This document shows, piece by piece, positions 1 through 7,685 of a stretch of 64,000 nt of DNA (position 1 is the stretch's first letter; each line of letters starts with the position of its first letter). The stretch is from positions 8,566 to 72,565 of the forward strand of contig MGEK01000004.1 in NCBI GenBank assembly GCA_001791325.1, given 5' to 3'. The notes below the pieces were generated by a model, which saw only the letters and a list, made by a program, of their open reading frames with translations, made no database searches and had not been told where the DNA came from. Origin of the DNA: Candidatus Uhrbacteria bacterium RIFCSPLOWO2_01_FULL_47_25 (GTDB lineage Bacteria; Patescibacteriota; Patescibacteriia; GWA2-46-9). The translations under genes and the position numbers were made by a program.

Positions 1-18
1 CCAGCCGTTGCCAGTGAC

Positions 19-339
19 TTGCTGACGCCGTCGCCTCAAGAGGCAGTTCTCATGCCGGCATCTTCAAAGAGTCAATTGGAAAAGGAAATAGAGGACGTAC
101 TAGCCGAAGATCTTGAAAAATTGTATTGGGAACTGCCGGAACCGGAACGTTTTATTTTTAAGTACAAAGGAGAAGAAACCGCTTCAAAAATTCGTCTGCT
201 TTTAGGAGAAACGGTTGTACGCGCGCAAGAGATATTCCGCTTAATAGTGGAATGGCTTAAACTTTTACCCGGTGTAAATAATTTTTTTATTGAACAGGAA
301 GCAAAGATTAAGACTGATAAATTGTTAAAATTTCGCTAG
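19..339 (+). CDS. Hypothetical protein, probably 5'-truncated by the window edge
   Basis: ORF directly upstream of and co-oriented with the ATPase gene; no recognisable motif. Confidence 0.6.
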   Translation: MLTPSPQEAVLMPASSKSQLEKEIEDVLAEDLEKLYWELPEPERFIFKYKGEETASKIRLLLGETVVRAQEIFRLIVEWLKLLPGVNNFFIEQEAKIKTDKLLKFR

Positions 340-357
340 CTTTTTGGTTTTTCTGAA

Positions 358-2916
358 ATGTTAGAAACTATTGTACCGCCACCACCGTCATTGCCGGATG
401 ATTTAACCGGTTCGTTTATGACTTTGGTCTTAATTGTATTGCCCTGGCTTTTGGCGGGAATTGTTTTGGCCGCGCTGTTCATGATTGGGCTATGGATAAT
501 ATATAAGCGCTTACACCATCGTTGGCTGTCAGCTTTTGGACAAGTCATTTTATTAGTAACCGTTCCTAAAGATAGCGCGAAAGAAAAGGAGCGGCAGGAA
601 ACACAGGAAGCAGTGAGGGAAGATATTTCAGTGGCCGAAACCTTTTTTTCTGCCATCGGCGGTATGCGGGCTGAACGGGGCTTAGGGGCTATATTTTTTG
701 GCCGACAGGATCATCTTGCTTTGGAAATAGTGGCGGCCAAGGGGCTTATTTCATTCTACGCGGCTGTGCCAAAACATTTACAGCGATTGATTGAGCAGCA
801 AATAGAAGCGCAATATCCGGAAGCGCAGATTGAAGAAGTGCATGACTATAATATGTTTGTGCCGCGCGGCGCGGCAGTTGGCGCAGTATTGAAATTCCGT
901 CGCCCTTATATTTTCCCCATTAAAACATACCGTGAAATTGAATCTGATCCAATGTCCGCGATAACGAACGCCATGAGCCGGCTGGGGGATGCTGGCGCGG
1001 CTATTCAAATTATCGTGCGTTCGGCCAAGCGTCGTTGGCACTGGTACGGCAAAAAGGTGGCTTCAGAAATGCATCAAGGCAAAACCGTGCTGGAGGCCCT
1101 GCGCCTTGGCCATCCCAACGCTTTTGTGAGAGGATGGTGGGCTGTCATTAAAACCTTGACCGCCAAACCAAAAAAGAAAGAAGAAGCGGAAAATATAAAG
1201 TCGCATCAACTGACCGCTCTTGAGCAAGAGATGGCTAAACGTTTGGAAGAAAAAACCAGTAAAGCCGGCATGGATGCCAATATCAGAGTTATTGTTTCAG
1301 CTGGCACTAAATCGGAGGCGGAACACAATCTTCGCAACATTTTAAACAGCTTTACTCAATATAATCTTTATCAATACGGTAACAGCTTTACCATACAGCG
1401 TCCCCGTAATCAGAAAAAATTGATGCAAGATTTCATTTACCGGCATTATGCAAAGCGACAGCGAGTATTATTGAATACGGAAGAACTTGCCAGTCTGTTT
1501 CATTTTCCTCTGCCCAAGACAGAAACACCAAATATTCGCTGGTTGCGGGCCAAAAAAGCGCCAGCCCCCTTGAATCTTTGTGCCGATGGAGCGATTTTGG
1601 GGCGCAATACTTATCGCGGCGTGACCCAAGCTGTACGCATTGGCCGCGATGACCGCCGCCGCCACGCTTATATTATCGGTACAACCGGTTCAGGTAAGTC
1701 AGTTTTAATGGGAGAGATGGCCAAACAGGATATTGCCGCCGGACATGGTGTTTGCGTGGTAGATCCGCACGGTTCTTTGGTTGACGACATTCTGGAATGT
1801 ATTCCCAAAGAGCGGACCGAAGATGTAATTTATTTTGATCCCTCTGACACGGAGCGCCCCATTGGTCTCAATATGTTGGAAGCGCGGACTGACGCGGAAA
1901 TGGATTTTGTCACTCAAGAAATGATTTCTATTTTCTATAAATTAGTGACTGATCCAGCTATGATTGGGCCGATGTTTGAACATAATATGCGAAACGCGAT
2001 GCTAACGTTAATGGCTGATAAAGAATATCCAGGAACCATTGCCGAAATTCCGCGGATGTTTACTGATCAGGCTTTCCAGAAGTATAAAGTCGACAAGCTT
2101 ACTGATCCTGTGGTCAGAGCCTTTTGGGAAAAAGAAATGGCTAAAACAACCGATTTTCACAAATCAGAAATGCTTGGTTACTTAATTTCAAAAGTTGGTC
2201 GCTTTGTGGAAAACACTATGATGCGCAACATCATCGGCCAGCCGGTTTCCGGTTTCAATGTTCGGCAGATTATGGATAACGGTAAAATATTATTGGTGAA
2301 TTTATCAAAGGGCAAAGTAGGGGAGATAAACAGCAATCTTTTGGGGCTTATTATTGTGAGTAAATTACAAATGGCCGCTTTTGGCCGCGCCGACCGGCCA
2401 GCCAATGAGATTAGCGATTTTTATCTGTATATTGATGAATTTCAGAATTTTATTACGGACTCTATCGCCGTTATTTTGTCTGAAGCTCGTAAATATCGTT
2501 TGAACTTAGTAATGGCTCACCAGTATCTCGGCCAGCTCTCGCAAGGGCAAGATACTAAGATTCGTGACGCTGTTTTGGGTAACGTTGGAACGATGGTGGC
2601 GTTTCGCATCGGGGTGGAAGATGCCGAGGTTTTGGCTAAACAGTTTGATCCGGTTTTTAATGAGTATGATTTGGTGAACATAGATCGGTATCATGCCTAT
2701 GTTCGTCTGCTTGTCAATAATTCAGTAGCTCGGCCGTTTGACATTGATACCTTGCCGCCAACTATCGGGCGGCGAGATCGTGCGGCGCTCTTAAAACAGA
2801 TTTCCCGCTTAAAATACGGCCGTGATCGGGCTATCGTGGAGGCCGAAATTCTTGAGCGCAGTAATTTAGGCGAGGTTAATAGGGCGCCCCAACTCACCAC
2901 GGAGAGCCGTTTATAG
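358..2916 (+). CDS. Membrane-anchored VirD4/TraD/HerA-like P-loop ATPase (type IV coupling-protein-like)
   Basis: N-terminal TM segment; Walker A GTTGSGKS; LYIDEFQNF; SEARKYRLNLVMAHQ; VLGNVGT motifs typical of coupling proteins. Confidence 0.8.
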   Translation: MLETIVPPPPSLPDDLTGSFMTLVLIVLPWLLAGIVLAALFMIGLWIIYKRLHHRWLSAFGQVILLVTVPKDSAKEKERQETQEAVREDISVAETFFSAIGGMRAERGLGAIFFGRQDHLALEIVAAKGLISFYAAVPKHLQRLIEQQIEAQYPEAQIEEVHDYNMFVPRGAAVGAVLKFRRPYIFPIKTYREIESDPMSAITNAMSRLGDAGAAIQIIVRSAKRRWHWYGKKVASEMHQGKTVLEALRLGHPNAFVRGWWAVIKTLTAKPKKKEEAENIKSHQLTALEQEMAKRLEEKTSKAGMDANIRVIVSAGTKSEAEHNLRNILNSFTQYNLYQYGNSFTIQRPRNQKKLMQDFIYRHYAKRQRVLLNTEELASLFHFPLPKTETPNIRWLRAKKAPAPLNLCADGAILGRNTYRGVTQAVRIGRDDRRRHAYIIGTTGSGKSVLMGEMAKQDIAAGHGVCVVDPHGSLVDDILECIPKERTEDVIYFDPSDTERPIGLNMLEARTDAEMDFVTQEMISIFYKLVTDPAMIGPMFEHNMRNAMLTLMADKEYPGTIAEIPRMFTDQAFQKYKVDKLTDPVVRAFWEKEMAKTTDFHKSEMLGYLISKVGRFVENTMMRNIIGQPVSGFNVRQIMDNGKILLVNLSKGKVGEINSNLLGLIIVSKLQMAAFGRADRPANEISDFYLYIDEFQNFITDSIAVILSEARKYRLNLVMAHQYLGQLSQGQDTKIRDAVLGNVGTMVAFRIGVEDAEVLAKQFDPVFNEYDLVNIDRYHAYVRLLVNNSVARPFDIDTLPPTIGRRDRAALLKQISRLKYGRDRAIVEAEILERSNLGEVNRAPQLTTESRL

Positions 2917-3035
2917 TCACCCCGCTCGGCGGGGCAATTTCTTGCAGAAGCTCAGATACACATTCTGGACTTAGTCGGCAGTTTGTTTTATACTGCTTTG
3001 GCGTAATTTATTAACTAAAATGAAGCACACATGGA

Positions 3036-3170
3036 TTTACGCCCATGGCATCCTTCATTTTTTCGGCGGAATCCGCCGAAGCACCCTCCTTTGCTCATCA
3101 GTGTCGGAGGGTCCGCCATTCGCATTCATCCACGGCTTTACAGCCTTGGTCTTCTGCAAAGGCGGATAAA
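3036..3170. mobile_element. Possible non-autonomous IS200/IS605-like end remnant
   Basis: Stacked hairpins (ttcggcggaatccgccgaa; ccctcc...ggaggg; ccacggctttacagccttgg, which resembles IS605-type CCACGGCTTTAGCCGTGG ends). Confidence 0.3.
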
Positions 3171-3185
3171 TTAAACAAAAAGCGT

Positions 3186-3893
3186 ATGGTTAGCCAAAAA
3201 ACACAAAGCAACGAGGAAACAAACATTTTACAGAACACGAATTCATCGGACGAATCAGTGGATAGTCCTGATGCTAATACTAATAGCGAAATAACAGCTA
3301 AGACGGCTAGTGCTAAATTGGCTCTTGTTGTGGAACTCATGACGCAAGCCGAGAATATGCTTGTTCAGGCGCGTCAGCTTATTCAAACAACGGTATCATT
3401 GCCGTTGCCTAAAATTGGCCGAACTATTGAGTCCGCTGATATAGGCAACGACGATTCTCCTGTGATTGAAGGAGTTTTTGACGGTCAGCAAATGATCGGC
3501 CCGGACGGCAAGCATTATTCCGTGCCAGCCAATTATGCTTCTAAGTCCAAACTGGTTGAGGGCGATCTCATGAAATTAACTATTACTCCCAAGGGAGCTT
3601 TTGTTTATAAACAAATTGGGCCGATTGCTCGTCGCCGCTTGCGCGGTATTTTAGTGTGCAATCAAGGGGGGAACGATTATTCAGCAAAAGTCAATGATCG
3701 CCTTTATCGTATTTTGACAGCCAGCGTCACTTATTTTCATGGGCGTGAAGGTGATGAAGTCATTATTTTAGTACCGGAAAACGGAGAGAGCAAATGGGCC
3801 GCGGTGGAAAATATAGTCAAGTCGTCAGAGCAGCTGGGGACCACGTTGGCTACTGGACAAGCAGTGTCCGATGAAGAAATAGATGGTATTTAA
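3186..3893 (+). CDS. Conserved hypothetical protein; start moved from 3045 to ATG 3186
   Basis: EGVFDGQQMIGPDGKHYSVPANYASKSKLVEGD block recalled as a CPR-conserved family; 3045-3185 only translates the hairpin region. Confidence 0.65.
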   Translation: MVSQKTQSNEETNILQNTNSSDESVDSPDANTNSEITAKTASAKLALVVELMTQAENMLVQARQLIQTTVSLPLPKIGRTIESADIGNDDSPVIEGVFDGQQMIGPDGKHYSVPANYASKSKLVEGDLMKLTITPKGAFVYKQIGPIARRRLRGILVCNQGGNDYSAKVNDRLYRILTASVTYFHGREGDEVIILVPENGESKWAAVENIVKSSEQLGTTLATGQAVSDEEIDGI

Positions 3894-3898
3894 TTAAA

Positions 3899-3973
3899 TC
3901 CCGCGCCACCCCTGCCTGACGGCAGTCAGGGGTGGCGCGGTACTCCGGACGGATGACTTTCTAGAATACGGGA
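3899..3973. repeat. Hairpin element TCCCG...CGGGA with internal cctgcc-type hairpin
   Basis: Flanks TAAA/CAAA; internal stem ccgcgccacccctg...caggggtggcgcgg; may also act as a terminator. Confidence 0.45.
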
Positions 3974-3984
3974 CAAACATGTCA

Positions 3985-4020
3985 TATCACCTTTTGTCGC
4001 AATTGCGACAAAAGGTGATA
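3985..4020. repeat. Perfect 36-bp palindrome
   Basis: tatcaccttttgtcgcaa|ttgcgacaaaaggtgata. Confidence 0.9.
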
Positions 4021-4031
4021 ATTAATCGCCA

Positions 4032-4061
4032 TTGACTCGTTTTATAGCCTAGTGCTAGGAT
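4032..4061 (+). promoter_or_regulatory. Sigma70-like promoter
   Basis: TTGACT-18 bp-TAGGAT with TG extension. Confidence 0.5.
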
Positions 4062-4067
4062 TATATC

Positions 4068-4270
4068 GGCTTCTGGAACGGATGCGATTGCGTAGCGCAC
4101 GAACCCCACGAACGTGGGGAGTGGGGCGTCCGCTCAAGAAGCGAAGGGGGGTTCGTTGGTTTGCCCCAACGGCAGCACCGCTCGACGGGGCGTCGCGCAA
4201 CACGCAACACGCGACACCAACGCAATCCTCTGGCCCGGCACCATTCTCTTCCTCTGGTGCCGGGCCCCTT
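4068..4270 (+). ncRNA. Candidate structured RNA upstream of dnaX
   Basis: GC-rich; stems gattgcgt(4086)/acgcaatc(4220), acgaacccc/ggggttcgt, cgttgg/ccaacg, gtcgcg/cgcgac; closing hairpin ggcccggcacca/tggtgccgggcc at 4232-4266. Confidence 0.35.
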
Positions 4271-4333
4271 CATTTTGGACATTCCTTCGCTTTTCATAGT
4301 AATATAATGGAGCTTAATCATTATAGTTAATTT

Positions 4334-5449
4334 ATGCCAACGGCAATTTATCAAAAATATCGTCCTCGCGTTTGGGCCGAGCTGGCTGATCAAAACCATA
4401 TTAAGACCACGCTGGAACATGAAATTTCCCGCGGTCAAATTACTCACGCCTATTTGTTCGTTGGACCGCGCGGCGTAGGCAAAACAACAGCCGCGCGGCT
4501 GCTGGCCAAATCCGTAAACTGCCAGAATCGCAAGCCGGGCGTTGCTGAACCGTGCAATGAGTGTGAAGTATGCGGTCGCATTCAGGCCGGTCGATCTTTT
4601 GACATTATTGAGATAGACGCCGCTTCGCATACAGGCGTTGATCACGTTCGTGAGCATATTTTGGAAAGCGCCGAGGTGTCCGCCGGGCATGGGACTTATC
4701 GTATTTTTATTATTGACGAAGTGCATATGCTCTCTACGGCGGCTTTTAACGCCATGCTCAAAATTTTAGAAGAACCGCCAGCGCACGTCATTTTTATATT
4801 AGCCACGACCGAAGTGCACAAAGTGCCAGCTACCATTATTTCCCGTTGTCAGCGTTTTAATTTCAAAAAAATTCCGGCTGACGCCATTCGCCAACGTTTG
4901 CGCTCAATCACGCAGGCGGAAAAAATGAACGTTGACGAAGAGGTGCTAAATGTTATTGCCGAACATTCAGACGGCTCATTGAGAGATGCCGAGAGTATGT
5001 TGGGGCAGGTGCTTGCTCTGGGCGGCAAAAAAATTACCATGCTGGAAGCTTCGCTCGTGATTCCTCGCTCCAATCTTAATGAAGCGGCAAATTTAGTAGG
5101 ATTAATTTTGAAAAACGACGCGGCTGGCGCTTTGTCATTGGCCAATAACTTAGTTGAGCAGGGGATATCAGTTTCGGTGTTTATGCAAGATATTATTGTC
5201 TGGTTAAGAAATATGCTTCTGGCTAAAGTAGGGGAACGATTGGATCTTTTTTCTCGCGACACTTTAGGAGAGTTGCAGAGTCGTCTGTTAAAAGACGCGG
5301 TTGGCGTTTCGGCGCGTGAGGCGCAGGAGCTAATAGACATTTTTTTGAGGCGACGACAGAATCTGGGAGAATCGCCCTTGCCGCAGCTGCCCCTGGAGCT
5401 TGCCATTATTGAGGCCTGTACTTTGAAGGCTGATGGAATGGAGTCATAA
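4334..5449 (+). CDS. dnaX: DNA polymerase III subunit gamma/tau (short form)
   Basis: YQKYRP, GPRGVGKTT, Zn-binding Cys cluster, EIDAAS, DEVHML, SRCQRF. Confidence 0.97.
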   Translation: MPTAIYQKYRPRVWAELADQNHIKTTLEHEISRGQITHAYLFVGPRGVGKTTAARLLAKSVNCQNRKPGVAEPCNECEVCGRIQAGRSFDIIEIDAASHTGVDHVREHILESAEVSAGHGTYRIFIIDEVHMLSTAAFNAMLKILEEPPAHVIFILATTEVHKVPATIISRCQRFNFKKIPADAIRQRLRSITQAEKMNVDEEVLNVIAEHSDGSLRDAESMLGQVLALGGKKITMLEASLVIPRSNLNEAANLVGLILKNDAAGALSLANNLVEQGISVSVFMQDIIVWLRNMLLAKVGERLDLFSRDTLGELQSRLLKDAVGVSAREAQELIDIFLRRRQNLGESPLPQLPLELAIIEACTLKADGMES

Positions 5450-5718
5450 CCGAGCTCTTCTTCTTTTTTCATAAGGTGTTTGAGCTGGGAGATCGTCTAA
5501 CTGGCCCCGTTAGAATTTACAAGGACTTCCTCCTAAAGCTGCCGGGTCGTCTAACGGTAGGACGCCAGGTTCTGGCCCTGGTAATCTAGGCCCGCCCCCA
5601 CACTAATAAGATCATCTCATAAATTTGTGGTGAAATGTAATAATGTAATGTTGTACATATGCCTGCGGGGTCGTCTAATGGTAGGACACGACGCTCTGGA
5701 CGTCGGTATCTAGGCACG

Positions 5719-5889
5719 CCCCGCACCAATTTAACTTTGTCTAGATGTTATTGTATTATACTTTTACATAAAAAGATCTAAGAAGCCGATCTGGGAGATC
5801 GTCTAATGGTAGGACACGACGCTCTGGACGTCGGTATCTAGGTTCGAATCCTAGTCTCCCAGATTGGTTTCTTAGAAATTGGTGCGGGG
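5719..5889. mobile_element. tRNA-carrying inverted-repeat element (inner layer)
   Basis: Perfect 14-bp TIR ccccgcaccaattt/aaattggtgcgggg. Confidence 0.8.
5792..5862 (+). tRNA. tRNA-Gln(CTG), intact innermost copy
   Basis: Complete cloverleaf with GGTTCGAATCC T-arm; no encoded CCA. Confidence 0.95.
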
Positions 5890-6117
5890 TGAAAGTCCTA
5901 GCCCCGCAGGCATGTGTACAATTTGAGAAAGTTGTTAATCTGAACGATTAGTGTGGGGGTGAAAGTCCTAGTCTCCCAGCTTAGCCACTTTATGAACAGT
6001 TAATTAGTGCTGGGTAAGATAGTCTGATTTCAAAAAATAAAAATGAAAGGGCTTGGCTAGAAAATGATATTTTGCTAAAATAGTCGCAGTAATTATTAAT
6101 CGTATAACGTAATCTTT

Positions 6118-6195
6118 ATGGGTGGAAACAGCGCCAAGCGCGCGAGAATGAAGCAGGAAGCAAAACGAGCCAAAAAGCGGCGAGCCAAAAAGTAG
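6118..6195 (+). CDS. 25-aa highly basic peptide MGGNSAKRARMKQEAKRAKKRRAKK
   Basis: ATG...TAG ORF, GC-richer than its AT-rich surroundings; below the ORF-track cutoff. Confidence 0.45.
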   Translation: MGGNSAKRARMKQEAKRAKKRRAKK

Positions 6196-6251
6196 TTTTT
6201 GATTATTTTTTTAAATGTCATTGACCACAGAATCAATGGCAAAATTGACTT

Positions 6252-7304
6252 ATGCTATATAATCCTAACCTCTATTCCGTAGAAAGCGTTACCGACGGTC
6301 ATCCTGATAAAATTTGCGATCAAATTTCTGACGCTATTCTTGACGAATGTTTGCGTCAAGATGCCAATAGCCGTGTAGCCATTGAAGCTTTTGGCAGTCA
6401 TGGCATTATTATTGTGGGCGGTGAATTAACGACAAAAGCATGGGTTGATGCGCCAGCGATAGTTAATGGGGTATTGAAAGACATAGGATATGATGATCAT
6501 TATGGCGTAATTTCAAATATCGTTGGCCAATCGCCAGATATAGCAATGGGCGTTGATACTGGCGGCGCTGGTGATCAGGGAATAATGTATGGATATGCCA
6601 CCAATGAAACGCCGGAGTATCTACCTATCGGCGTTGTGCTGGCGCACAAATTGACCAAAGGGCTGGCGGAACTTCGCCAGAGCGGGAAATTGAAATGGTT
6701 ACGGCCGGATGGCAAAGCAGAGGTCATCATACAAAACGGACGAGCGCATAAAGTATTGGTCAGCTGTCAGCACGATGAAGGTGTAAAACAAGAAGAGCTC
6801 AAAAAAGCTTTGATTGAAAATTTAATCATACCCACAATCCGTGATTCATCCGGCGTTGATATTTTTGTAAATCCAACTGGTAAATTTGTGCGCGGCGGTT
6901 TTGACGCGGATACGGGCCTGACTGGTAGAAAAATTATGGTTGATACTTATGGAGGTCTCATTCCGCATGGCGGAGGGTGTTTCTCTGGCAAGGATCCTAC
7001 AAAAGTTGACCGTTCTGCCGCCTATATGGCGAGATTCGCGGCAAAAAATATTGTCGCGAATGGCATGGCGAAAGAATGTTTAGTGTCGGTTGCTTATGCC
7101 ATCGGCATGGCCGATCCTCTAATGCTTGAGGCCGTGAATGAAAAAGGAGAAAGCGTGGTAAAATTGCTTAATCATAAATTTGATTTTCGCCCCTTGGCCA
7201 TTATTGAGCGGCTGAACCTTAGACGGCCGATTTATCGTCAAACCGCGGCTTATGGCCATTTTGGCAAAGCAGGTTTTCCTTGGGAAGAAATAATTAATCT
7301 TTAG
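6252..7304 (+). CDS. metK: S-adenosylmethionine synthetase
   Basis: ESVTDGHPDKICDQISD, GAGDQG, GLTGRKI, GGGCFSGKDPTKVDRS, YGHFG. Confidence 0.98.
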   Translation: MLYNPNLYSVESVTDGHPDKICDQISDAILDECLRQDANSRVAIEAFGSHGIIIVGGELTTKAWVDAPAIVNGVLKDIGYDDHYGVISNIVGQSPDIAMGVDTGGAGDQGIMYGYATNETPEYLPIGVVLAHKLTKGLAELRQSGKLKWLRPDGKAEVIIQNGRAHKVLVSCQHDEGVKQEELKKALIENLIIPTIRDSSGVDIFVNPTGKFVRGGFDADTGLTGRKIMVDTYGGLIPHGGGCFSGKDPTKVDRSAAYMARFAAKNIVANGMAKECLVSVAYAIGMADPLMLEAVNEKGESVVKLLNHKFDFRPLAIIERLNLRRPIYRQTAAYGHFGKAGFPWEEIINL

Positions 7305-7387
7305 TTCGGAATCTTGGGCGAATCCCGCACTGCGGGGCGAAGAGCATATAGAGTGACCTTGGTTATAATTTAGTTGATGAAACGTCA

Positions 7388-7425
7388 TATATACAAATTG
7401 TGACGATCGTCACAATTTGTATATA
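7388..7425. repeat. Perfect 38-bp palindrome
   Basis: tatatacaaattgtgacga|tcgtcacaatttgtatata. Confidence 0.9.
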
Positions 7426-7542
7426 AATGATTTTGTCTGGAATAATAGAATAGTAAAAATGGAGGAGTTTTTATCCCTATCCCCCGGGGCGGACTGGTTC
7501 GGCGGCAAAGTGCTGGATAAACAAAAAATATGTTATAATATA

Positions 7543-7663
7543 CCCCGTTAGAAGTCTGACTTAGCATAATAATTGCGGCTCTAGTCATGAATAAATACAT
7601 CAACCAGTTAAACACTATAATCATCACAGCCCCGCATAGCGGGGCCGAGGACTTCTAACGGGG
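7543..7663. mobile_element. Hairpin mini-element, subfamily A (CCCCGTTAGAAG)
   Basis: TIR ccccgttagaagtc/gacttctaacgggg; flanks TATA/TAGA; homologous to 34481-34602 and 40807-40952. Confidence 0.8.
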
Positions 7664-7685
7664 TAGATTTTTAAGGTTAGTTCTA

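Larger units (their letters stand above)
5664..5909 (+). pseudogene. Middle tRNA-Gln(CTG), interrupted in the T-loop (5719-5889)
   Basis: Acceptor tgcgggg/ccccgca; anticodon arm cgacg-ctCTGga-cgtcg; T-stem ctagg/cctag split by the insert. Confidence 0.85.
5595..5959. mobile_element. tRNA-carrying inverted-repeat element (outer layer)
   Basis: Perfect 13-bp TIR cccccacactaat/attagtgtggggg located in the T-loop. Confidence 0.75.
5486..5979 (+). pseudogene. Outer tRNA-Gln(CTG), interrupted in the D-loop (5505-5557) and T-loop (5595-5959)
   Basis: Acceptor tgggaga(5486)/tctccca(5972); anticodon arm ccagg-ttCTGgc-cctgg; T-stem ctagg(5586)/cctag(5967). Confidence 0.8.

Noticed and set aside
4150-4175. 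GGCAAACC on the minus strand as a c-di-GMP-I riboswitch
   Set aside because: The following GAAA hairpin and GACGCAAAG elements are absent.
4052-4330. ORFs 4052-4330, 4114-4299 and 4061-4726
   Set aside because: They overlap the GC-rich structured region or run antisense to dnaX; no protein-like features.
5595-5959. tRNA inserts as group I/II or archaeal BHB introns
   Set aside because: No recognisable ribozyme core; the inserts consist almost entirely of TIRs plus a tRNA. Splicing by some other route is not excluded.
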